Assembly (NCBI GenBank): GCA_964534135.1 | Contig: CAZHQC010000001.1 | Span: 1-52,403 of the forward strand | Direction: 5' to 3' | Source: an uncultured Elusimicrobiaceae bacterium | GTDB lineage: Bacteria; Elusimicrobiota; Elusimicrobia; Elusimicrobiales; UBA9959 | Length of the DNA stretch: 52,403 nt | Shown here: positions 34,686-42,812 of the stretch, in pieces | Position numbering within the stretch: position 1 is the first letter of the stretch | Layout: the number at the start of each line of letters is the position of its first letter | The notes under the pieces: model-generated | Database searches by the model: none | The model's input: only the letters and a program-made list of their open reading frames with translations | Told to the model about the DNA's origin: nothing | Translations under genes and position numbers: made by a program

Positions 34686-36200
34686 TTACTGTGAATCTCG
34701 TTGCCTAGATGCTTTTTTACCCATTGCTTCTTTTACTATTTCTTTATCATCAAAATGAATGGTTTTACCTTTCAATATTTGATAATCCTCATGTCCTTTG
34801 CCGGCTATTAAGATGATATCACCCTCTTTAGCAAGTTTAATAGCCTTATATATGGCCTGTTTTCTGGAAGGGATTATTTGATAGTTTTTTAATTTTTTTT
34901 CCTTAAGTCCTTTTTCTATATCTTTAAAAATTTGTGCAGGGTCTTCATTTCTGGGATTATCATTTGTAACTATGGCAATATCGCTTAAGGAACAGCTTAT
35001 TATTCCCATAGGAGCCCTTTTGCCGCGGTCTCTGTCTCCGCCACAGCCAAAGACTGTTATCAGACGCTTGTGTGGCAGTTTTATCAGATTTGTAAGCACA
35101 TTTTCAAGTGCTGCGTCCGTATGGGCATAATCCACAAAAACATCAAAATTTTGATTTGAAGATATTTTTTCAAGTCTGCCGGGAACATTTTTAATGCTTT
35201 CCAGGCCTTTAATAATTGTGGAAATATTGATATTAAGAGAGTAGGCGGTTGTCGCCGCGCAAAGCGCATTATAAATATTATGACTGCCCAATAATTTCAG
35301 GCTTATCTCCTTTTCCCCTTTGGGATAAGAGAATTTAAAAAAAGTTTTATTTTTAAGGAAACGAATATTAGTTGCTGAAAAATCAGCTTTATTATGAAGG
35401 CCGTAGGTAATAAATTTTAATTTTTTCTTGAATTTTTTTAATATAGTGGTAGCTTTTTCATCGTCAATATTTATTATTGCGGCTTTCCCCTTTTTAGGTG
35501 AGGCGAGTAAGAGGTCAAAAAGCTTAAGCTTTGCATTAAAATAATTTTTCCTATTTTTATGAAAATCCAGATGATCTCTTTGAAAATTGGTGAAGACAGC
35601 GCGGTCAAATTCAATATTATCTACACGATTAAGAGAAAGAGAATGTGAGGATACTTCCATTATTGCTGTTTTAACCTTTTTATCCAGCATTGCGCGGAGT
35701 AATGATTGAAGTTGATGAGATAAGGGCGTGGTATTTAAGGCTTTTAAAATTGTTCTCTTATTTATTCTGTGGCTAATTGTTCCTATTATCCCTGGTGTGA
35801 TTTTTTTTTGTTTATAAATGGCTTCAAGGATATAGCTTGCGGTTGTTTTTCCATTTGTCCCTGTTAAACCGATTATTTTAAGTTTTCTCGAAGGATGACC
35901 GTAAAATCTTGAACTTACTATTGAAAGGGTTTTTAAGATAGTGGAAGTTTTTATCCAAGCTATTTTTGAATCTAACTTTTTGATAAATGCGCTTGGTTTT
36001 TTTTCGCTTACAATGACGCTTGCTCCTTTTTTTAAAGCCTTTTCAATATAAATATTCCCATCAGTATTTGCGCCGCTTAGGGCGAAAAAAACTGAGTTTT
36101 TTTTGATATCTCTTGAATCATTTGAAATATGTTCGACTTTGGCATTTTTATTGCCAAATATTTCAATGTTTATATTTTCAAAAAGTTTTGTCGCTTTCAT
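34686..36200 (-). CDS. murE: UDP-MurNAc-L-Ala-D-Glu--2,6-diaminopimelate (or L-Lys) ligase
   Basis: Has GLTGTNGKTT and the TNDNPRNEDP motif. I place the start at ATG 36200 (MKATKLFENI...), because the 20 extra codons of the track ORF are encoded by the palindromic repeat at 36209-36276. Confidence 0.9.
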   Translation of the reverse strand: MKATKLFENINIEIFGNKNAKVEHISNDSRDIKKNSVFFALSGANTDGNIYIEKALKKGASVIVSEKKPSAFIKKLDSKIAWIKTSTILKTLSIVSSRFYGHPSRKLKIIGLTGTNGKTTASYILEAIYKQKKITPGIIGTISHRINKRTILKALNTTPLSHQLQSLLRAMLDKKVKTAIMEVSSHSLSLNRVDNIEFDRAVFTNFQRDHLDFHKNRKNYFNAKLKLFDLLLASPKKGKAAIINIDDEKATTILKKFKKKLKFITYGLHNKADFSATNIRFLKNKTFFKFSYPKGEKEISLKLLGSHNIYNALCAATTAYSLNINISTIIKGLESIKNVPGRLEKISSNQNFDVFVDYAHTDAALENVLTNLIKLPHKRLITVFGCGGDRDRGKRAPMGIISCSLSDIAIVTNDNPRNEDPAQIFKDIEKGLKEKKLKNYQIIPSRKQAIYKAIKLAKEGDIILIAGKGHEDYQILKGKTIHFDDKEIVKEAMGKKASRQRDSQ

Positions 36201-36208
36201 AAGTGTTA

Positions 36209-36276
36209 ACCCTACCACCTGCTTGCGAAGCCTATTTTGCGATGGCGATTTTATCGCCATAAGTAGGTGGTAGGGT
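36209..36276. repeat. Palindromic element, family ACCCTACCACC...GGTGGTAGGGT (variant R2, copy 1)
   Basis: 68 nt, identical to 36606-36673. Its termini ACCCTACCACCTGCTT / AAGTAGGTGGTAGGGT pair with one G:T, and the inner hairpin is ATGGCGAT-TTT-ATCGCCAT. Confidence 0.9.
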
Positions 36277-36605
36277 AATTATATAATTTTAATATAAGTA
36301 TAATTAAGGCAATCGTTATTGCTCTCCTTGATATTTTCCACACTACGAGATAGAATCCTATAAGTCTGTAGACTCGCTCATGCAGAGATTTTTAACGCCG
36401 TTGTTCGCTTCAATTTATTCGGCGGCTGCGGAACTCAGTCGAAAACAATGTTTTCTCCCTCAACCATCCTCGCCGTTTCGGTGAAATCCCCTTATAAATC
36501 TTGCTTCCAAGGCTAAATCTCAGAAGTCGCTTCCTTACAGACTTATAGCATTTCCCCCCTAAGCTTATGCTGAGTGTCCCGCCCTATTTAAGATAAAATT
36601 GAATT
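36277..36605. other. G+C-enriched ORF-free segment with long-range self-complementarity (candidate structured RNA, strand unknown)
   Basis: No ORF of 60 aa or more on either strand. Helices seen:
- 12-bp pairing 36359-36370 with 36536-36547
- 7-bp pairing 36385-36391 with 36515-36521
- local hairpins at 36396-36424 and 36441-36455. Confidence 0.4.
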
Positions 36606-36673
36606 ACCCTACCACCTGCTTGCGAAGCCTATTTTGCGATGGCGATTTTATCGCCATAAGTAGGTGGTAGGGT
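36606..36673. repeat. Palindromic element, variant R2, copy 2 (direct orientation relative to copy 1)
   Basis: 68/68 identical to 36209-36276. Confidence 0.9.
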
Positions 36674-36734
36674 TACTCACGCCGACATAATGAAATTGCT
36701 TTATGCTAAATCTACTTAAAAATAAGTATCTAAT

Positions 36735-37370
36735 TTAGGAATCGTCAGAGTTACTATCCTCTACATTTTTAGTGTTTAGAGGTTCCCCATAAAAAAGTTC
36801 TTTATATTTTTTTCTTGCCTTTTTGAAATCACTTTGTGTGTAAGAATTGTTGTGAGATAATTGTGATTTAAGATGTGTAATTTCCCTCTTATTAAATTTC
36901 GAATAAATATCCTTATCATTTGGTTTTATTCCAAACCATAAATATTTTTTTGAATTTATGAACATTAATGTATTTAAAATAAATGGTTCGATGAAATTTA
37001 TGTGGTGAGTTTTATTACCAAACAAGGTATTAAATATATTTTTTAGTGTGGCTGAATTTTTGGTTTTATTAGAGTTAAATTCTATGATTTTCTCTTGAGC
37101 ATATTTAATGCTTTCTCGTATTTCCTGTGGTAAAAAATAAGCTAATTCTGAGTTTAAAAAAAGTTTGATGCCATTTGTAGGGATTAGTTTATTGCTGAAT
37201 TCAATTTGATAATCAAAAAAACAGGATATTTCATTTTCAAGATCTTGAATGTTATCATAGGCTAATCTCAGTTTATTAGCATCTTCTCGTCTTATCTTGT
37301 AACTGTCATTCTGTCTTTGGAGTAGTGCCCCTAAAAACATGCCTAATAAAACACACAATATTTCAATCAT
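36735..37370 (-). CDS. Orphan membrane-anchored protein (211 aa) inserted between ftsI and murE
   Basis: Has an N-terminal hydrophobic helix MIEILCVLLGMFLGALL followed by a polar N/K/E/S-rich body. GGGGA lies 5 nt upstream of the ATG. I recognise no motif. Confidence 0.6.
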   Translation of the reverse strand: MIEILCVLLGMFLGALLQRQNDSYKIRREDANKLRLAYDNIQDLENEISCFFDYQIEFSNKLIPTNGIKLFLNSELAYFLPQEIRESIKYAQEKIIEFNSNKTKNSATLKNIFNTLFGNKTHHINFIEPFILNTLMFINSKKYLWFGIKPNDKDIYSKFNKREITHLKSQLSHNNSYTQSDFKKARKKYKELFYGEPLNTKNVEDSNSDDS

Positions 37371-37451
37371 AATTTCCCCATTTTTCCATTGTTTCTTTCT
37401 ACTCGCTGCTTTATGATTACTTAACTCTACAAACGCAATAAACGCTTAACG

Positions 37452-39116
37452 CTATTCACTCTCTTTACTCGGCTTGATTCCTTTTAGAACTATTATTTTT
37501 TTTGCCAGGTCCCGAAATGCGGGCGCCGCAGTTTCAGACGCATAAACATATCGTTTTGGATGGTCCAATATTACCAGCATTGTATACTGAGGCTTATCTG
37601 CCGGAAAAAAACCGCAAAAAGATGTTATATTAATATTTGTCAAATACTGTTTCGTTACGGGATCTAATTTTTTTGTTGTGCCTGTTTTTCCCGCGATGGG
37701 ATAATTTTCTATCTGCGCTGATAGTCCCGTGCCTTTTTCAACAACATTTTTTAATATTTCAGTTACAATCTTTGCGGTTTTAGGACTGATGACATTGCGC
37801 ACTTTTACGGGTTTGCTCTTAAATGTGTCTTTTTTTTGAAAATTTGTTATTTTTTTAATTATCTTAGGCTGCATTAAAACACCCTTATTGGCTATTGCTG
37901 AATAGGCCGCTATAAGTTGTATGGGTGTTACACTTATTGAATGTCCGTAGGAAGTTACGGCAAGGTTTATGGGTTTATATTTTTCCATGGGTATCATAAT
38001 GCCGGAGGATTCCCCGTTAATTCCAAGGCCTGTTTTTGCGCCAAAACCAAAAGCGCGCGCAAAAAAATAATGATTTTTAACACCTAATTTCATTCCAAGT
38101 TTGGCGGTTCCAATATTTGAAGATTTTTCAATGATTTCCGAAATGTTTAAAGTGCCCTCCGGTTCATGGTCGTGTATAATTCTTCTTGGCGAAAATTGCC
38201 ATTTGCCTTTTTCACAGTAGAATGTATCATTCAAATTAACGATATTTTTTTCTAAAGCTGCCGCCAGCGTTATGGTTTTAAATGTGGAGCCGGGTTCATA
38301 AGTCCATTGGACAGGTTCAATTTGGCTTATATGCTGAGGATAAGTGACCATAGATAGAATATTGCCATTGGCGGGATTTTGAACTATGACCATTCCGAAA
38401 ATGGCATTTGTTTTTTTGACATATTTTTTTATTACTTCATGGCTGAAAAATTGAATATTTTTATCTATTGTCAAATGTATGTTTAAGGGTTCATTTCCTT
38501 TCTTTAGCCTGTTCTTATATATTATTTTACCTTTAGCATCTCTTATTATTTCCCTTTTGCTGATAGTTCCGCTTAAAGCCGTATTTTGGAGATATTCTAT
38601 GCCTGTAACCCCTTTATTATCTCCCGCAATACCGATTATGTTTTTTGCCAGATTTGCATTTGGAAAAAATCTGTCTTGTCTGGCGTCAAAAATAACACCC
38701 CGGAGCTCTAGTTTTTTTAGTTTTTCATATATCCGTTTATTAAGTTTTTTTTTAATGGAAATAAAATTTTTACCCTTTTTATATTTTTTTTCCAATTTTT
38801 TCTTGGGAATTTCGAGTGTTTTAGATAATGATGAGAGGACTTTTTCTTTGTTTTTTATATCATTTTTCATAAGAGAGCAATCCCAGGTTATTATGGATTC
38901 AGCCAGGATATTGCCATTAGTATCAAATATTGTGCCTCTCGGGCCTACTTCAGAAATAGATCCGGTAAACTCTTTTGTCGCTGTTTTGGAAAGATTATCA
39001 TGTTTTATCGTTTGTAGATAAAATAAGCGTGCGAAAATAGGTAAGACGGGGAGTATTCCGATTAAAGCGCAAATTTTCAATCTTGCGCGAAAAGTTGAAA
39101 TTTTATTGCCTCTCAC
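37452..39116 (-). CDS. ftsI: Peptidoglycan D,D-transpeptidase FtsI (class B PBP)
   Basis: Has an N-terminal TM helix, a PBP dimerisation region, and the transpeptidase motifs STFK, SSN and KTGT, in dcw context. The start is GTG. Confidence 0.9.
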   Translation of the reverse strand: MRGNKISTFRARLKICALIGILPVLPIFARLFYLQTIKHDNLSKTATKEFTGSISEVGPRGTIFDTNGNILAESIITWDCSLMKNDIKNKEKVLSSLSKTLEIPKKKLEKKYKKGKNFISIKKKLNKRIYEKLKKLELRGVIFDARQDRFFPNANLAKNIIGIAGDNKGVTGIEYLQNTALSGTISKREIIRDAKGKIIYKNRLKKGNEPLNIHLTIDKNIQFFSHEVIKKYVKKTNAIFGMVIVQNPANGNILSMVTYPQHISQIEPVQWTYEPGSTFKTITLAAALEKNIVNLNDTFYCEKGKWQFSPRRIIHDHEPEGTLNISEIIEKSSNIGTAKLGMKLGVKNHYFFARAFGFGAKTGLGINGESSGIMIPMEKYKPINLAVTSYGHSISVTPIQLIAAYSAIANKGVLMQPKIIKKITNFQKKDTFKSKPVKVRNVISPKTAKIVTEILKNVVEKGTGLSAQIENYPIAGKTGTTKKLDPVTKQYLTNINITSFCGFFPADKPQYTMLVILDHPKRYVYASETAAPAFRDLAKKIIVLKGIKPSKESE

Positions 39117-39254
39117 AATGAGCCATTTAAGTTAATTTCAAATATAGTGAGGTTTTGTAGCATAAATATCGTTAATAAGGTAGATTACCTAAGAATGATT
39201 TAAATAGCGAAAAACATAGAGCGGAGCAAATAAGTTTTGGGATAAAATCTAATC

Positions 39255-39572
39255 TTAGTGAGCCCAGGCAAACCATCCCAAATTCTTTTTGTTTGAGTCA
39301 TCTTTTTTATCTAAGATGATTACGGAAGCGGGTTCAGGATAAACCATACCAAGCATTAATGCCTTCTCTTGAAGTTTTTCAGGTGATAAGGCTATGTGTA
39401 TATCTTTGGATAGGTACTTGTTGGAATTCGTGATTGCTGTTATCTCTTTTGTTATTTCCCTTACCCTATAACCCAGCTTGGTTGCTTGTATGTGTTCCCA
39501 TATAAAGACAAATAAAACCGCGCTTATCATTAGAATAATTTTTGCGTAGCGCATGTGTTTTTTTTTAGCCAT
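39255..39572 (-). CDS. ftsL: Cell division protein FtsL-like (bitopic, coiled coil)
   Basis: 105 aa with a basic N-terminus, a single TM helix (IILMISAVLFVFIW) and a coiled-coil-like region ending ...ALMLGMVYPEP. It lies between rsmH and ftsI. Confidence 0.75.
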   Translation of the reverse strand: MAKKKHMRYAKIILMISAVLFVFIWEHIQATKLGYRVREITKEITAITNSNKYLSKDIHIALSPEKLQEKALMLGMVYPEPASVIILDKKDDSNKKNLGWFAWAH

Positions 39573-39966
39573 GATGTTTAATCGTGCTACTGGTTAGGGT
39601 TTACTGAAAAACCCTATTTGCAACCAAACCTCCGCTTTTGGTTTGCGACTTCGTTATTCGTCACTCACAGACTGCTGATTAGAGTATGCTCGTTTCTCAC
39701 ACCTTGTCTCAGCTCAAAATCAGCGATTTTCTAAATAAATATAGCTTCTCAAAAAACCCTTTTATTCCATCCCAAATAATTCTATTCTTCTAATGGTGTG
39801 TTTTTCCCAAAGATACAAGGTTTTTGTGGGGGATAAGTTCGATTTAATGTCTGTTCTTCCATTTCTAACCGATTTATTCAGCAAGAGTCTCTGCAATCTG
39901 GTGCCTACTTTTAATATGTTTGAAGTATTCATATTTTAAGTCTCCTACGATTTTTATTTTTCCAGA

Positions 39967-40866
39967 TTATTTCTGAACTTCTGTTCTTTCTATTACTCTC
40001 AGCTTTGCGCTTCTTGCTCTTTTATTGCTTGCAACTTCTTCATCGGAAGGTTTTATGGGTTTTTTTGTTATCAGTTCCCAGCCTCCCAATTTCACCATTG
40101 ATTTAAAAGTTTCTTTCACTATTCTGTCTTCAAGCGAATGAAAAGTTATGATGCACATTCTTGAACCCTTGCCCATAAAATGAGTGGCGCTATGAATGCC
40201 TTTTAAGAGATTATCCAATTCTGAATTTACGGCAAGTCTTAAGGCTAAAAATGTTCTTGTTGCCGGATGAATCTTATCTTTTCTTCGAATAAAATGTTTT
40301 TCTATTAAATTTTTAAGATCCGAGGTGCTGACTATGGTATTCTTTTCTCTTTCTTTAACAATTAATTTTGTTATCTTACGGGAAAATTTTTCCCCTGATA
40401 TTCTTATTAAATGTTCAATTTGCTCATAAGGCCATTTATTGATAATGGTATAGGCGGTAAGCGGATTTTCCGGATTGATTCTCATATCAAGAGGTCCGTC
40501 ATGTTTAAAACTAAAGCCTCTTGACGCTTTGTCAAAATGAAGAGATGATACGCCCAAATCAAATAAAACTCCGGAAATTCCGATAATATTTTCACGAGGC
40601 AAAATTTCATCGATATCGGCAAAATTGCCTTGAATTAAGGTCGTTTGTCCGGCTTGTTCGGCCAATCCTTTTTTTGCTAAAGCAAGCATTTCAGGATCCC
40701 AATCTATGCCAATAAGTCTGCCTTGCTCATTAAGTTCTGAAATAATTCTCTTGCTATGTCCGGCCATACCCAATGTTCCGTCAACATAGATGCCGTTTTT
40801 ATTTGTAACGAGATATTTAATGGTCTCATTAGGTAAAACGGGTTCGTGAGTATAATTTTTCGTCAT
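39967..40866 (-). CDS. rsmH: 16S rRNA (cytosine1402-N4)-methyltransferase
   Basis: Contains HEPVLPNE, VDGTLGMAGHS, DLGVSSLHFD and SLEDRIVK. ATG 40866 overlaps the mraZ stop as ATGA, and the longer track ORF start lies inside mraZ. Confidence 0.9.
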   Translation of the reverse strand: MTKNYTHEPVLPNETIKYLVTNKNGIYVDGTLGMAGHSKRIISELNEQGRLIGIDWDPEMLALAKKGLAEQAGQTTLIQGNFADIDEILPRENIIGISGVLFDLGVSSLHFDKASRGFSFKHDGPLDMRINPENPLTAYTIINKWPYEQIEHLIRISGEKFSRKITKLIVKEREKNTIVSTSDLKNLIEKHFIRRKDKIHPATRTFLALRLAVNSELDNLLKGIHSATHFMGKGSRMCIITFHSLEDRIVKETFKSMVKLGGWELITKKPIKPSDEEVASNKRARSAKLRVIERTEVQK

Positions 40867-41312
40867 ATGTCTAAAATTTTGCTGAATTTCGCAGATGACG
40901 GTTCCATTATATTTTTGTTGTATGTTTTCCATAAGTTGGCATTCCATATTTCAACCTTGTTCCCTACTCCTCTTATAACTACTTCTTTTTTTAATGAGGC
41001 GTGAGCTTTTTGATTTTGTGGGATTAAAATTCTCCCTTGATCGTCTAATACTGAATCAGACGCATTACCGAAAAAATATCTTTTAAAGGCTCTTTCTTCT
41101 TCTTTATTGTCGGCTTTAAATATCTCCATATTGTTTGCTAAGAGCCCTTCCCATGTTGATGGCAGAAAAAGAAAGAGACAACCATCAAAGCCTACGGTAG
41201 TCATGAAATAGTTTTTATCTTCTTTACGAAGAGTTTCTCTAAAGCGTGAAGGAATAAAAATACGACTTTTGTTGTCCATCACATATTTATATTCTCCGTA
41301 AAAAACGCTCAT
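40863..41312 (-). CDS. mraZ: Transcriptional regulator MraZ
   Basis: Two SpoVT/AbrB-like halves, each with a DxxxR motif (DNKSRIFIP, DDQGRILIP). It is the first gene of the dcw cluster. Confidence 0.95.
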   Translation of the reverse strand: MSVFYGEYKYVMDNKSRIFIPSRFRETLRKEDKNYFMTTVGFDGCLFLFLPSTWEGLLANNMEIFKADNKEEERAFKRYFFGNASDSVLDDQGRILIPQNQKAHASLKKEVVIRGVGNKVEIWNANLWKTYNKNIMEPSSAKFSKILDI

Positions 41313-41342
41313 CCCTTTTCCACCTTTTTAATCCATTCTTAA

Positions 41343-41406
41343 ACACAATCCACCACTTTTAACCACCATGAGATAAAAGTATAGTGAATGAAGCTTGATT
41401 TGTCAA
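41343..41406 (-). promoter_or_regulatory. dcw promoter TTGACA-17-TATACT plus three GTG[G/T] direct repeats at 10-nt phasing (candidate MraZ operator)
   Basis: On the minus strand, TTGACA lies at 41406-41401 and TATACT at 41383-41378. GTGG lies at 41366-41363 and 41356-41353, and GTGT at 41346-41343. Confidence 0.6.
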
Positions 41407-41608
41407 TACCCTTTTTAAGAAAGACTTAAAAATTAAGCGGTTTTTACCCCTTTCTGCTTAGCTTTTGATATGGCATTCAGGATAGGTTTGAAATAATAGA
41501 GAGGGTTATAATGATGCGCGTTTTCTATTTATTTTGCAGCAATATATAAATAGGTAGAACATTAGGTTAATCTAAATATTAGAGTAGATTGTTTTTTTTA
41601 GGATGGAT

Positions 41609-42742
41609 TTATTTATTTAAACCGGATATTTTTCCGGTTTTAACGTCATAGCGCCAAGCATATTCAAGAGCGCTTATTTTATTATAGGGCATGCCATAGG
41701 CTCGATAAAGGGCTGTATGAACCGGGTTTTCATTTTTTATCATATTGCAGAAACGGTAGAAAGAATCACCCGCTTTCATTTTCATTAAAAATCTTACAAG
41801 ACTGTAAGATTGGGCATACCAAAGCCTAATACTTTCCTCATCCGCTTCTTCAAGTTTTTCAATTCTCATTAAATCTTTGAGTTTAAAGCCGGCGCCGCGG
41901 GAAATCATTTTAAGATTTTTAGAAAGCCATACTGGAATAGAGGCCCCTCTTTCCACCTGAATATAAACAGCCATACCTTCACTGAGCCATAGCGGGTTCG
42001 GTTTTTTGCTGAAGAAGCTGTCAAAATAGATATGGGTTAATTCATGAGCAATAATACCGAAGGTGCCGGGATTTTTATAGACAAAAATTTTTCTTTCTTT
42101 TAAAGATGCCGTTCCTCCCGACCAAGCCGGTCGGCCTGTGATTTTTTGATAGGTATCCTGAGATGAGCAAAAAAACAGAAAAACTTTTTTATCCCTTGTC
42201 CAGGGTGAAAAAGCTATAAGGTCAAGCATGATATTGCCGTGAAGATGTTCCAGAGCATTTATGATTTTTTTTGAAACCGCATTACCTTCTTCATAGATAA
42301 CAAAGTGTCTGGTTTCACGCATGGAAAAGCCATCAGGGATGGCGGGATACGCGTCATTAACTTTGTCCAAAGTTGTGTTTAGCGCTTCCATTCTTTCTTC
42401 AGCTGTATGTCTTTTGGTGAAATCTTGAGAGGAAAGCCCTTTTATGTCATCAGTTTTAAGTGGCACTACAAATAGACTTGAGTTAAAGGTTTTTGTGGAA
42501 GTATATTTATCCGTTGATGAGGGAAGAATATTTTGACGAGGGAGAGGACTATGTGGCTTTGTGGTAGGTGTTTTTGTTTTTAAATCGGGCGCGGATAGGT
42601 CATCATAGGCGAAGGGATTCGTTTCCAAAATTATTGTTTCATCAGTTTTGAAATCCGAAACTATATATTGGTACATAAAGGTTCCCCATAATCCGGTTAC
42701 AAGAACCCAAAACCAAATTCTTAATTTTGAAAAAATATCCAT
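41609..42742 (-). CDS. Membrane-anchored MA-clan (HExxH) metallopeptidase-like protein
   Basis: Has an N-terminal TM helix and IIAHELTHIYF (HExxH), with a downstream E in WLSEGMAVY. Confidence 0.7.
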   Translation of the reverse strand: MDIFSKLRIWFWVLVTGLWGTFMYQYIVSDFKTDETIILETNPFAYDDLSAPDLKTKTPTTKPHSPLPRQNILPSSTDKYTSTKTFNSSLFVVPLKTDDIKGLSSQDFTKRHTAEERMEALNTTLDKVNDAYPAIPDGFSMRETRHFVIYEEGNAVSKKIINALEHLHGNIMLDLIAFSPWTRDKKVFLFFCSSQDTYQKITGRPAWSGGTASLKERKIFVYKNPGTFGIIAHELTHIYFDSFFSKKPNPLWLSEGMAVYIQVERGASIPVWLSKNLKMISRGAGFKLKDLMRIEKLEEADEESIRLWYAQSYSLVRFLMKMKAGDSFYRFCNMIKNENPVHTALYRAYGMPYNKISALEYAWRYDVKTGKISGLNK

Positions 42743-42812
42743 AATAGTTAGTAGCAGAAAACAGTAATCAGAAATCAGTAGCTAAGGAGTCCTCCGCATA
42801 TCTTTCCGTGCT

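Noticed and set aside
36201-36260. The N-terminal 20 residues of the track murE ORF (MAIKSPSQNRLRKQVVGLTL).
   Set aside because: They are encoded by the palindromic repeat element. The MurE-like sequence begins at MKATKLFENI (ATG 36200).
36277-36605. The dcw-embedded structured segment as SRP (4.5S) RNA or as a retron msr/msd.
   Set aside because: On the minus strand, GTAAGGAAGCGAC only loosely resembles the SRP GGAAGGAAGCAGC. It also sits at the base of the long-range helix, not at a hairpin apex. For a retron there is no RT gene in the neighbourhood. Both are kept only as things to exclude computationally.
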